Shown in pieces: positions 19,997 to 30,597 of a stretch of DNA of 64,000 nt. Made by a program: the position numbers and the translations under genes. This stretch comes from Candidatus Rokuibacteriota bacterium (lineage in GTDB: Bacteria > Methylomirabilota > Methylomirabilia > Rokubacteriales > CSP1-6). The stretch lies in the NCBI GenBank assembly GCA_003221695.1, contig QHSX01000058.1, positions 326 to 64,325 of the forward strand. Direction: 5' to 3'. The notes below the pieces were generated by a model. It worked only from the letters and a program-made list of their open reading frames with translations. It had not been told where the DNA came from and did no database searches. Positions within the stretch are counted from its first letter, which is position 1. The number at the start of each line of letters is the position of its first letter.

Positions 19997-20899
19997 ATGA
20001 CCGCCACGACGATCACGATCCCCGCCGAGGGGGTCGCCGCGCGAAGCGAGTGGCTGACGCTACTCCGCCGACTCGCGCGCCGACGGACGGCGCTGTTCGG
20101 TCTCGTCGTTGTCGCGCTCGTGTTCGTCGCTGCGGCCGGGGCTCCGTGGTGGAGCCCCTGGGACCCGATCGAGCAGGACATCACCAACCGCCTGAAGCCG
20201 CCCGGGTCACCGGACCCGTCGGGCCGCATGCACGTGCTCGGCACCGACCACCTCGGGCGCGACCTTCTGGCGCGCGTGATCTTCGGTGCGCGCCCCGCAC
20301 TGCTGGTCGGCGTCGCGGCGGTGGCGATCTCGGGGATCATCGGGATGATCGTCGGGCTCGTCTCCGGCTACTTCGGGGGCCGCACCGACGACGTCTTTAT
20401 GCGGCTCGCGGACATCCAGCTCGCGTTTCCGTTCATCCTGCTGGCGATCGCCGTGATCGGTGTCCTGGGGCCGAGCCTGCCCGTCATCATCATCGTCATC
20501 GGGGTCTCGAGCTGGGTCGTCTACGCGCGCGTCGTGCGCGGCGCGGTGCTGTCGCTGCGCGAGCGGGAGTTCGTGCAGGCGGCACAGGCCCTGGGCAGCC
20601 GCGACGGCCGGATCCTCGTGCGCCACATCCTGCCGAACGCGTTCACGCCGTGGCTCGTCGTCGCCACGCTCGACATGGCGCGCGTCATCGTGATCGAATC
20701 GGCGCTCTCGTTCCTCGGGCTCGGGGTGCAGCCGCCGACGCCCACCTGGGGCGGAATGCTCGCGGACGGGCGCGTCTACATCTCGACGGCGTGGTGGCTC
20801 GCGACCTTCCCCGGGCTTGCCATTCTCGTGACGGTGCTCGGGATCAACCTGTTCGGCGATGGACTGCGCGACACGCTCGACCCGCGCCTGAAAGTCTGA
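19997..20899 (+). CDS. ABC transporter permease, DppC/OppC type
   Basis: N-terminal OppC_N-like segment plus 6 TM helices. Pairs with the 18732 permease. Confidence 0.85.
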   Translation: MTATTITIPAEGVAARSEWLTLLRRLARRRTALFGLVVVALVFVAAAGAPWWSPWDPIEQDITNRLKPPGSPDPSGRMHVLGTDHLGRDLLARVIFGARPALLVGVAAVAISGIIGMIVGLVSGYFGGRTDDVFMRLADIQLAFPFILLAIAVIGVLGPSLPVIIIVIGVSSWVVYARVVRGAVLSLREREFVQAAQALGSRDGRILVRHILPNAFTPWLVVATLDMARVIVIESALSFLGLGVQPPTPTWGGMLADGRVYISTAWWLATFPGLAILVTVLGINLFGDGLRDTLDPRLKV

Positions 20900-21008
20900 C
20901 ACGACTCGCGGGCGAGGCCGGCCCGGGGCGGGGGCCCCGCCTCGACCACGCTAGCACTCGTTGCGCGAGCTCCAGCGATCCGCTCGGCGGCGAGGCGTCG
21001 CCCCGAAG

Positions 21009-21644
21009 CTACGGGTCTCGGAGGGCCCCCCGCCCCCGGCCGTGCCCGTCCGCACCCGCGTCGGTCTTCCGGCGGAGTCGAGCGCGCGCAAGCAGCGTCA
21101 GACCGGCGGCGGGCGTGGTGACCCAGAGCGGACCGGAGGCCACGCCCGCCCACGCGTTGATCGCGATTGCGGCGGCCCCCCCGGCCGCCGCGAGCCACAA
21201 GAGGATGGTGGTCGCGCCGTCCAGCGCCGGGCGCCAGCCTCGGCAGACCGCGACGAGGGAGAGCGCGGCGCCGGCGCCGTCGATCCCGACGTCCACTGCG
21301 CTGCCGGTCCGGGACGCCACGAACGACTGATGCCACTCGTCGAGGGCGGCCCAGGCCAAGCTGATCCCGAACGCGAGCCAGCCGACAGCCGGCGGGGCGA
21401 GGCGACTGCCATGCGTGAGCGCGCGGTACCAGAGCGCGGCGAGGATCGCGTACTCGGTGAGGTGCGCGCCCTTGCGCACGAGCCCGTGGATGGCGTCGAG
21501 GTCGCCGGGCGATGCCCATGGCAGGAGCCAGCGGAGCACGGGCAGGAGGAACTCGCCCGTGTGCTCCGCGCTGGCGGTGTCGGTCGACAGGAACATGATC
21601 ACGCCCATCCAGAGCACGGGGGGGAGCCAGTGGGCGGGACGCAT
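21009..21644 (-). CDS. VanZ-family membrane protein
   Basis: GLVRKGAHLTEYAILAALWY VanZ-like motif and 4-5 TM segments. The start at MRPAHW may instead be the downstream MGVIMF. Confidence 0.55.
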   Translation of the reverse strand: MRPAHWLPPVLWMGVIMFLSTDTASAEHTGEFLLPVLRWLLPWASPGDLDAIHGLVRKGAHLTEYAILAALWYRALTHGSRLAPPAVGWLAFGISLAWAALDEWHQSFVASRTGSAVDVGIDGAGAALSLVAVCRGWRPALDGATTILLWLAAAGGAAAIAINAWAGVASGPLWVTTPAAGLTLLARARLRRKTDAGADGHGRGRGALRDP

Positions 21645-21665
21645 CGCTTTGCTATCATACCGGGC

Positions 21666-22013
21666 ATGGCCAGGGTGGACTGGAGCTATCACCGCAAGGG
21701 CTGAAACTCCTGCGCCCGTGCGCAAGAGTTTCTTGCGAAGAGGAGGGTCAGCGTCGTCGAGCAGGTGGACACGCGGAAGTCGCCGATCACCGGCGAGGCC
21801 GCGCTCGTCGTGACCAAGGACGTCGACGAGGTCTGGGTCGCTAGGGGCAAGAAGGCCGTCCACGTGGACCTCACGGCGTCCCGGCCGCCCATGGCCGAGC
21901 TGCTCCAGCTTCTCCTGGGGCCGACCGGAGGGCTCCGGGCGCCGACGCTTCGGGTCGGCCGGACGCTGCTCGTCGGGTTCAATGCGGAGGCGTACGCGAA
22001 AATCTTGAAGTAG
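21666..22013 (+). CDS. ArsC/Spx-family thioredoxin-fold protein with an in-frame TGA at codon 13 (candidate selenoprotein, U-x-x-C)
   Basis: ATG(21666) MARVDWSYHRKG-TGA-NSCARAQEFLAKRRVSVVEQVD...GPTGGLRAPTLRVGRTLLVGFNAEAY. The TGA aligns with the first Cys of the family CxxC. Hairpin CGCAAGA-GTT-TCTTGCG lies about 16 nt downstream. Confidence 0.5.
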
Positions 22014-22053
22014 AGGTCGGTCGGGGCCCACTCGCCATGATAGAGTTGGCGCG

Positions 22054-24417
22054 ATGCTCGGCGAGATCCTCGACGCTCTGCTGACCTCACCGTCGACTGG
22101 GCCGTGCATCACGGCGACCCGGCACTTCGCTCCCCGACCTCCCGTGCTCGTCCCGTTCCCGCCCTCGCTCGACGCGCGGATCGCTGACGGACTGCGCGCG
22201 CGGGGGATCCACGAGCTCTACTCGCACCAGGCGCGCGCGTGGGAGCTGATCGCGAAGGGTCATCACGTCGTCGTCGTGACGCCCACGGCCTCTGGCAAGA
22301 CGCTCTGCTACAACCTCCCCGCGCTCCAGTCCTTGCTGCAGCAACCCGACGTGCGCGTCCTCTATCTCTTCCCGACGAAGGCCCTCGCTCAGGATCAACT
22401 CGCGGAGCTCGAGGCGTTGGCGAAGACTCTGCCCGAGATGCGGATGTTCACCTACGACGGTGACACGCCTCAGGACGCGCGGCGCGCGGTCCGTGCACGG
22501 GCGAACCTCGTGCTGACGAATCCCGACATGCTTCACTCGGGGATCCTCCCGCACCATACCAAGTGGGCGACGCTCTTTCAGAATCTTCGCTACGTCGTCA
22601 TCGACGAGCTCCACGCGTACCGGGGCGTCTTCGGCAGTCATCTCGCCAACGTCCTCCGACGCCTCCATCGGATCTGTCGCCACTACGGCTCGGCTCCGCA
22701 GTTCGTCATGGCCTCCGCCACCATCGCCAACCCGGGCGAGCTGGCCCGGCTGCTCGTGGGGGAGCCCGTGGAGGAGATCGCCGAGAGCGGCGCGCCGACG
22801 GGCGACAAGACGTTTGTCTGTTACAACCCGCCCGTCGTGAACCCCGAGCTCGGCATCCGTGCGCCCTACCTGGGAGAGGCGGCGAAGCTCGCGATCCGGT
22901 TCATCCGGAATCGCATCGCGACGATCGTGTTCGCCCAGAGTCGCCTCGCGACTGAGGTGTTGCTGACCTCCGTCAAGAACGGTGTCGCCGACAAGACTGG
23001 CGACAGCGGGATCGTCCGCGGCTACCGCGGCGGCTATCTCCCGACGCGTCGGCGGGCGGTCGAGAAGGGGCTGCGAGAGGGCGAGGTGTTGGGCGTCGTT
23101 TCGACGAACGCGCTCGAGCTCGGCGTCGACATCGGCCACCTCGACGTCGCGGTCCTGGCCGGATACCCGGGGGCGATCGCCTCGCTCTGGCAGCAGGCGG
23201 GGCGTGCGGGCCGCCGGTCGGGCTCCTCGGCGGCCATCTTCGTCGCGACGAGCGCGCCGCTCGATCAGTTCATGGTCACCCACCCGGACTACCTCTTCGG
23301 TACGCCTCCCGAGCACGCGCGGGTGAACGCCGACAACCCGTTCATCCTGGTGAATCACCTCAAGTGTGCCGCCTTCGAGCTGCCGATCGGTCCTGGCGCC
23401 GCAGGCGAGGGAGTCGAGACGTTCGGCGATGCCGACGTCCGCCGCCTCCTCGCCGCACTCGAGGACGAGGGTGTCCTCCACCACGCGGGCTCCCGCTGGC
23501 ACTGGGCGGCCGAGACCTACCCCGCCGACCACATCTCGCTCCGGACGGTGACGAGCGACAATTTTCTTGTGATCGATACCACGGCGCGGGACGAGACGCA
23601 GACGAAGCGACGGCAGATCGTCGCCGAGGTGGATTGGGGGAGCGCGTTCGCGACGATCTACCCGAAGGCGATCTACCTTGTGGAGAGCGAGCCGTACGAG
23701 GTGCAGGAGCTGCACTGGCGCGAGGACGAGGAGAAGGTCGCCTACGTCAAGCGCGTCCGGGTGGACTACTTCACGGACGCGATCAGTGCCAAGGGCGTCT
23801 GGATTCTCCAGCGCCTGGCCGACCAGGCTCACGCCGGGTACCTCGCCGAGCAGGGCGAGGTGCTCGTCGCCGAGAAGGTCGTCGGCTTCAAGAAGATCAA
23901 GCTGGGGACGCTCGAGAACGTCGGCTCGGGCGAGGTCGAGCTCCCGCAGCAGGAGATGCAGACGACGGCGGCCTGGCTGACGGTAACGCCCGAGACGCTC
24001 GCGAGCGTCAGCGCCTCGCGCGAGGAGCTGATCGACGGGCTGCGCGCGGTGACGTACATGCTGCACCACCTGGCGCCGATCTTCCTCCTCTGCGACATCC
24101 GCGACCTGGGCTCGTGGCTCGGCGACACGACGCCCGCCGAGCCTGGCGCCGTCGCGACGCGCGACTCCGCAAAGCGACGGCTCATGAGCGCCGAGCGCTT
24201 CAACCCGACGATCTACCTCTACGACTCCCACGCGGGCGGGATCGGGCTCGCCGAGCGGCTGTTCGAGATCCTGCCGGACCTGCTCCGGCGCGGCCTCGAG
24301 ACGCTCTGCGCCTGCCCGTGCCCCGTCGGCTGTCCCTCCTGTGTGGGGCCCGTCAACGAGGTCGGTCGTAAGGCCAAGGCGACGGCCGGGGCGCTGCTGC
24401 GCGCCCTCGCCGGCTGA
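22054..24417 (+). CDS. DEAD/DEAH-box helicase with a C-terminal DUF1998 4-Cys domain (MrfA/YprA-like)
   Basis: Walker A TPTASGKT, DELH box, HRIGR-like motif VI, and C-terminal CACPCPVGCPSCVGP. Confidence 0.8.
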   Translation: MLGEILDALLTSPSTGPCITATRHFAPRPPVLVPFPPSLDARIADGLRARGIHELYSHQARAWELIAKGHHVVVVTPTASGKTLCYNLPALQSLLQQPDVRVLYLFPTKALAQDQLAELEALAKTLPEMRMFTYDGDTPQDARRAVRARANLVLTNPDMLHSGILPHHTKWATLFQNLRYVVIDELHAYRGVFGSHLANVLRRLHRICRHYGSAPQFVMASATIANPGELARLLVGEPVEEIAESGAPTGDKTFVCYNPPVVNPELGIRAPYLGEAAKLAIRFIRNRIATIVFAQSRLATEVLLTSVKNGVADKTGDSGIVRGYRGGYLPTRRRAVEKGLREGEVLGVVSTNALELGVDIGHLDVAVLAGYPGAIASLWQQAGRAGRRSGSSAAIFVATSAPLDQFMVTHPDYLFGTPPEHARVNADNPFILVNHLKCAAFELPIGPGAAGEGVETFGDADVRRLLAALEDEGVLHHAGSRWHWAAETYPADHISLRTVTSDNFLVIDTTARDETQTKRRQIVAEVDWGSAFATIYPKAIYLVESEPYEVQELHWREDEEKVAYVKRVRVDYFTDAISAKGVWILQRLADQAHAGYLAEQGEVLVAEKVVGFKKIKLGTLENVGSGEVELPQQEMQTTAAWLTVTPETLASVSASREELIDGLRAVTYMLHHLAPIFLLCDIRDLGSWLGDTTPAEPGAVATRDSAKRRLMSAERFNPTIYLYDSHAGGIGLAERLFEILPDLLRRGLETLCACPCPVGCPSCVGPVNEVGRKAKATAGALLRALAG

Positions 24418-24426
24418 CCCGCGTCG

Positions 24427-25623
24427 ATGCAATCGCTCGACGAGCTCCGCCGCGTGATCCGGCGTGTCGAGGCACGGCGGCCGCCGCGCCCCGCCGCGCC
24501 CCCCGCCCACGAAGTGTTGGGCGGCGAGGTCGTCGAGACGGGCGCCGGGCCGCTCGTTGTGGTGCGACGCGAGTACCCGCTGACGCACGTCCACGGCCGC
24601 GAGCCGCTCGCGCCGGCGTTCACGGCCCCGCTCGAGTTGCTCTCCACCGTGGCCCGCGCCGCGGCGCCGGCCGGGGATTCGCGCCGGCTCCTCTTCCTCG
24701 ACACCGAGACGACCGGCCTCGCGGGCGGCACGGGCACCTATGCCTTCCTCGTCGGGGTCGGGCGCCTCGACGGCGATCGGTTCGTCGTGGTGCAGTACTT
24801 CATGCGCGATTTCGACGAGGAGCCGGCGCTGCTTGCCGCGCTGGTGCCGCTCCTCGAGCAGGCCGCCGGGGTCGTCACCTTCAACGGCTCGGGCTTCGAC
24901 CTGCCGCTCCTCGAGACGCGCTTCGTGCTCGCCCGCCGCCGCTGGCCCACCCTGCTGCCCCACCTCGACCTTCTCCCGCCGGCGCGCCGCGTCTTCACGC
25001 TCCGCTGCGCCGACTGCCGGCTCACGACGCTCGAGCGCGAGGTCATCGGGCTCGAGCGTGAGAACGACGTGCCGGGCGCCCTGATCCCGGCACTCTACTT
25101 CGACTTCCTCCGCTCGCGCCGGGCGGCGCCGCTCGGGCGGGTCTTCGACCACAACCGCCACGACGTCCTCTCGCTGGTCGCGCTCCTCGGCTGGTTCGGC
25201 CGCGCCCTCGCGGCGCCCGACCACCTGGGCGCCGAGGATCTCGCCGGGCTGGGCCGGCTCTGGGAACCAGTGGATCTCGAGCAGGCACTCACGTGCTATC
25301 GGGCCGCGCTGGGCGGCGACCTCCCGGGCCGCACCGCCCACCGCGTACGCCTGCGCCTGGCCCGCTGGGAGAAGCGCGCCACGCGCTGGGACCGGGCGTG
25401 CGCGCTCTGGGAGGTCGCCTCGCGTCACGGCGCGTTCGATCGGGAGCCCTGGGAGGAGCTCGCGAAGTTTCACGAGCACCGCCGGCGTGATCTCCGCACG
25501 GCGCGGGCGACCGTCGCGCACGCGCTCGAGCTCGCCGACGCCGCGGGCGCGCCGCTACGGGTGATCGACGCCTTCGCGCATCGGTTGTCGCGCCTCGAGC
25601 GCCGCCTTCGCCGAGCCCTCTGA
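24427..25623 (+). CDS. DnaQ-like RNase H-fold exonuclease with a TPR-like C-terminus (MrfB/YprB-like)
   Basis: LLFLDTETTGLAGGTGTYAFLVGV...VVTFNGSGFDLPLLE exonuclease motifs I/II. Sits 10 nt after the helicase. Confidence 0.7.
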   Translation: MQSLDELRRVIRRVEARRPPRPAAPPAHEVLGGEVVETGAGPLVVVRREYPLTHVHGREPLAPAFTAPLELLSTVARAAAPAGDSRRLLFLDTETTGLAGGTGTYAFLVGVGRLDGDRFVVVQYFMRDFDEEPALLAALVPLLEQAAGVVTFNGSGFDLPLLETRFVLARRRWPTLLPHLDLLPPARRVFTLRCADCRLTTLEREVIGLERENDVPGALIPALYFDFLRSRRAAPLGRVFDHNRHDVLSLVALLGWFGRALAAPDHLGAEDLAGLGRLWEPVDLEQALTCYRAALGGDLPGRTAHRVRLRLARWEKRATRWDRACALWEVASRHGAFDREPWEELAKFHEHRRRDLRTARATVAHALELADAAGAPLRVIDAFAHRLSRLERRLRRAL

Positions 25624-25631
25624 GCGCGGCG

Positions 25632-26591
25632 TCAGGCCACGGGGGTGAGCGGCGGCTTTCCCTCGAGGACGGCCACGCAGTTGCGGACGGCGAGGGTGGC
25701 CATCGCGATGCGCGTGTCGCGCGAGGCGCTGGCGATGTGCGGGGCGAGCACGACGTTCTGGAGCGGGACCAGGCCGGCGTGGATCTTCGGCTCCTCCTCG
25801 AAGACGTCGAGGCCCGCGCCGGCGATCCAACCCTCCCGCAGCGCGCGCGCCAGCATGGCCTCGTCCACGATGGGCCCACGGGCCGCGTTCACGAGGATCG
25901 CTGATTTGCGCATGAGGCGGAGCGTCCGCTCACCGATGAGGTGGCGGGTGTCGGGCGTGAGGTTCACGTGGAGCGTCACGAAGTCGGCCTCACGCAGGAG
26001 CGTTTCGAGGTCGGTCGCGGTCGCGGCGAGCTCCCGCTCCACGGCGGCATCGACCCGCACGGCGTCGTGGTAGAGGATGCGCATGTCGAAGCCCCGCGCG
26101 CGCCGGGCCACGGCGCGCCCGATCCGCCCGAACCCCACGATCCCGAGCGTCTTTCCGTGGACGTCGGCGCCCCAGAGGAGGTCCCACTTCCACGCCTTCC
26201 ACTGGCCGGAGCGCGCGTAGCGGTCCGCCTCCACGACGCGGCGCGCCGTCGCCATGAGCAGGGCCCAGGCGAAGTCGGCGGTGGTCTCGGTGAGGACGTC
26301 CGGCGTGTTCGTGACGATCACCTCCCGGCGCTTTGCCGCGGCGACGTCGATGTTGTTGTAGCCAACCGCGACGTTGGCGACGACCTTGAGGGTCGGCGCC
26401 GCCGCCAGCACCTCATCGTCGATCGTGCTGATGATGTGGCAGATCAAACCGCTTCTCCCCTTCAGTCGTGAAATCAGCTCCGCTTTCGACAGGGGCGCGT
26501 CGCTGTCGTTGTAGTCCAGCGAGAAGTCCCCGGGGATGAGGCGGATCGCTTCATGAGGTAAACTATTCGAAATAACGATATTTTTGGCCAT
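25632..26591 (-). CDS. D-isomer-specific 2-hydroxyacid dehydrogenase (glyoxylate/hydroxypyruvate reductase-like)
   Basis: NAD-binding [16 protein letters not shown] and the catalytic R/E/H triad region. Confidence 0.85.
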   Translation of the reverse strand: MAKNIVISNSLPHEAIRLIPGDFSLDYNDSDAPLSKAELISRLKGRSGLICHIISTIDDEVLAAAPTLKVVANVAVGYNNIDVAAAKRREVIVTNTPDVLTETTADFAWALLMATARRVVEADRYARSGQWKAWKWDLLWGADVHGKTLGIVGFGRIGRAVARRARGFDMRILYHDAVRVDAAVERELAATATDLETLLREADFVTLHVNLTPDTRHLIGERTLRLMRKSAILVNAARGPIVDEAMLARALREGWIAGAGLDVFEEEPKIHAGLVPLQNVVLAPHIASASRDTRIAMATLAVRNCVAVLEGKPPLTPVA

Positions 26592-26613
26592 TCTGGCCCC
26601 CTGGATTTTTCGC

Positions 26614-26642
26614 TTGATCTGGCGCGAGTGCGCGGCTATATT
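26614..26642 (+). promoter_or_regulatory. Sigma-70-type promoter of groESL
   Basis: TTGATC -35, a 17-nt spacer, and TATATT -10, immediately abutting CIRCE. Confidence 0.5.
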
Positions 26643-26667
26643 AGCACTCGCTTTGTTCGAGTGCTAA
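26641..26667 (+). promoter_or_regulatory. CIRCE element (HrcA operator)
   Basis: Perfect TTAGCACTC-N9-GAGTGCTAA. Confidence 0.9.
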
Positions 26668-26717
26668 CAACGACACGGGAGTCCTCAACACACCAGGGTG
26701 AAGGAGGCAGAGCAGCG

Positions 26718-27005
26718 ATGAAGATTCGTCCCCTGCATGACCGCATTCTCGTCGAGCGGCTCGAAGAGAAGGAAGTGAAAAAGGGCGGAATCATCATTCC
26801 GGACACCGCCAAGGAAAAGCCCCAGGAGGGCAAGGTCATCGCCGTCGGCAACGGCAAGGTGACCGATGAGGGCAAGAAGATCCCGCTCGACGTCAAGTCC
26901 GGCGACAAGATCCTCTTCGGGAAGTACTCCGGCTCCGAGGTGAAGCTCGACGACAAAGAGTACCTGATCCTGCGCGAGGAGGACGTCCTCGCCATTCTCG
27001 AATAA
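26718..27005 (+). CDS. groES: Co-chaperonin GroES
   Basis: [19 protein letters not shown]...GKVIAVGNG...; SD AGGAGG. Confidence 0.95.
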   Translation: MKIRPLHDRILVERLEEKEVKKGGIIIPDTAKEKPQEGKVIAVGNGKVTDEGKKIPLDVKSGDKILFGKYSGSEVKLDDKEYLILREEDVLAILE

Positions 27006-27025
27006 CCATATCAGCCACGCGCTGA

Positions 27026-28660
<1,635 letters not shown>

Positions 28661-28697
28661 GCGCGTGAGGTGAGGCGTCACGTGACGCACGTTGGAG

Positions 28698-28720
28698 CTG
28701 AGGGGGGCGACCCCCCTCAG
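28698..28720 (+). terminator. Perfect 10-bp GC hairpin after groEL (candidate terminator, no U-tract)
   Basis: CTGAGGGGGG-CGA-CCCCCCTCAG. Confidence 0.35.
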
Positions 28721-28885
28721 GCTCCCCTGGCACGCTGACACTGAGAGTTAGAGCCCGCGCGATGCGCGGGCGACGGCCCGGGTCGTGGCGAGCGCCAAGG
28801 CCCGGGCCGTATCTGTTTTGCGGCGTTGACGTTGCGGCGGCTTTGGATGTTTGATAGCGTTAGGCGCTCAACTCAGTTTTGGGAG

Positions 28886-29233
28886 GTGAGTCCACTGCGA
28901 CCATACGAGATTCTGGTGATCGTCGACCCGCGTCCGACGGACGAGGAAGTCGCCGCGCTGCTCGCGCAGCTCGCCGAGCAGCTCAAGGCGCTCGGTGCCG
29001 AGGTCGCTAAGGTCGACAACTGGGGGAAGCGCCGGCTCGCGTACGATATCCGCAAGCAACGGGAGGGCACGTACGCGGTCTTCGAGGTCTCTGCCGAGCC
29101 GTCCATGGTGAAGGAGTTCGAGCGGCACCTCCGCCTCAATGAGAACGTGCTGCGCTTCCTCTCGACGCGAGTCCCGATCCGCAAGAAGGCTCGGCCGGCG
29201 AAAACTCCAGAGGTGCTCGAGGAGGTCGGTTAA
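28886..29233 (+). CDS. rpsF: 30S ribosomal protein S6
   Basis: RPYEILVIVDP...GKRRLAYDI..GTYAVFEV. The start is either GTG at 28886 or CTG at 28895, which lies 7 nt after GGAGGTG. Confidence 0.85.
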   Translation: MSPLRPYEILVIVDPRPTDEEVAALLAQLAEQLKALGAEVAKVDNWGKRRLAYDIRKQREGTYAVFEVSAEPSMVKEFERHLRLNENVLRFLSTRVPIRKKARPAKTPEVLEEVG

Positions 29234-29646
29234 TGGCGAGCCTCAATAAGGTCTTCCTGATCGGCAACCTGACCCGCCCCCCGGAACTGCGCTACACGCC
29301 GAGCGGCACCGCCGTGGCCGACCTGCGGCTCGCGGTCAACCGCAATTACACGACGCAGGGGGGCGACAAGCGCGAGGAGACCTCGTTCATCACGGTCGTC
29401 GTTTGGAGCAAGCAGGCGGAGACCTGCGGCGAGTACCTCGACAAGGGCAGCCCGATCCTGGTCGAAGGCCGCCTCCAGACACGCGAGTGGGAAGGTAAGG
29501 ACGGCCAGAAACGGACCGTGGTGGAAGTGGTGGCCGAGCGCGTCCAGTTCATGGGGCGCGGCAAGCCTGCAGCGCCGGTCGCCGTGCCGGCCGCCGAGTC
29601 GTTCGCGGAAGAGACGCGGCCCGCTGAGGACGACGTCCCCTTCTAA
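29233..29646 (+). CDS. ssb: Single-stranded DNA-binding protein
   Basis: OB-fold MASLNKVFLIGNLTRPPELRYTPSG, and an acidic C-terminal tip DDVPF. Confidence 0.9.
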   Translation: MASLNKVFLIGNLTRPPELRYTPSGTAVADLRLAVNRNYTTQGGDKREETSFITVVVWSKQAETCGEYLDKGSPILVEGRLQTREWEGKDGQKRTVVEVVAERVQFMGRGKPAAPVAVPAAESFAEETRPAEDDVPF

Positions 29647-29670
29647 CGGGGTACCAGGGAGGAACGAGAG

Positions 29671-29919
29671 ATTCCGACAGTCCAGAAGCCTGTCAAGCGC
29701 CGCCGGTTCGGCCGGCGGAAGGTGTGCAAGTTTTGCGCCGACAAAGTCGACCTGGTCGACTACAAAGACGTGCGCCGGCTCAGAAACTTCGTCAGCGACC
29801 GCGGCAAGATCATTCCGCGCAGGATCTCGGGAAGCTGCGCGCGCCACCAGCGCCAGCTGACGCACGCGATCAAGCGCGCCCGCACGGTCGCCCTCCTGCC
29901 ATACCTGGCGACGGAGTAG
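29671..29919 (+). CDS. rpsR: 30S ribosomal protein S18 (start upstream of the tracked ORF, possibly ATT)
   Basis: ...[49 protein letters not shown]. No ATG/GTG/TTG lies between the ssb stop and the conserved N-terminus. ATT at 29671 sits 8 nt after GGAGG. Confidence 0.8.
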   Translation: MPTVQKPVKRRRFGRRKVCKFCADKVDLVDYKDVRRLRNFVSDRGKIIPRRISGSCARHQRQLTHAIKRARTVALLPYLATE

Positions 29920-29930
29920 GACGGAGAGCG

Positions 29931-30374
29931 ATGCGAGTCATTCTGCTGGACGATGTCTCCAAGGTCGGGCGCCGTGGCGAGGTTCGCGACGTCTCCGACG
30001 GCTACGCGCGCAACTATCTGATCCCGAAGAAGCTCGCCCTCAGCGCCACCACGGGCAACCTCAAGAACCTCGAGCAGATCAAGCGGCAGCAAGACGCCAA
30101 GGCAGATCGCATCAAGGGCGAGGCGGAGGCGTTGCGCAACCGGATCGACGCGCTCGCGTACGAGGAGCGCCGGCAGGCCTCCGAGGAGGGCAAGCTCTTC
30201 GGCTCGGTGACCGCGCAGGACATCGTGGAGTTCCTGGAACGGCACGCGATCAAGGTCGAGCGCCGGCGGGTCGCGCTCGACGAACCGATCAAGTCGCTCG
30301 GCGAGACCGTGGTGTCGATTCGGCTGCACCACGACGTCGCGGCGCAACTCAAAGTCAGCGTCGTCCGCGAATAG
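29931..30374 (+). CDS. rplI: 50S ribosomal protein L9
   Basis: MRVILLDDVSKVGRRGEVRDVSDGYARNYLIPKKLA. Confidence 0.9.
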   Translation: MRVILLDDVSKVGRRGEVRDVSDGYARNYLIPKKLALSATTGNLKNLEQIKRQQDAKADRIKGEAEALRNRIDALAYEERRQASEEGKLFGSVTAQDIVEFLERHAIKVERRRVALDEPIKSLGETVVSIRLHHDVAAQLKVSVVRE

Positions 30375-30473
30375 CCCCCGCGAGACGCGCGACAGCGCGT
30401 GGCGCGCGACCTGCGTCGCCAGGAATTGGAGATTCGCAGGGAGCGCACGCTTCATTCACATCGTCTTCACGCG

Positions 30474-30493
30474 ATATCCACCGCCTATCCACT
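30474..30493 (+). promoter_or_regulatory. Two direct DnaA-box-like 9-mers upstream of dnaB
   Basis: ATATCCACC and CTATCCACT (each 7/9 to TTATCCACA), 11 nt apart. Confidence 0.3.
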
Positions 30494-30597
30494 GTTTCGT
30501 CACCGTGACGGTGTTCTCAGCAGATTTTTCTTGACCGAATCGAAGCGGGGCGCTCAACATCGAGTCACATGCTGACCACTTGCGGTGAGTCTCGCCT

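Noticed and set aside
19471-20340. ORFs threading the 78-nt repeat array (289 aa minus; 80 aa plus, MMGGRGGSRGAPGAGHPRSLPISGPDV x3)
   Set aside because: They are open only because the repeat period is a multiple of 3. Their periodic peptide with no start or SD context indicates non-coding repeat DNA.
22087-25521. 1144-aa minus-strand ORF antisense to the MrfA/MrfB-like genes
   Set aside because: Arg/Ala/Gly/Pro-rich low-complexity translation with no motifs. The plus-strand genes have clear helicase and nuclease motifs. It is a typical high-GC shadow ORF.
28826-28860. TTGACG-N17-GTTTGA/TGATAG as the rpsF promoter
   Set aside because: The -10 match is poor. It overlaps the tracked ORF's TTG start, giving insufficient support.
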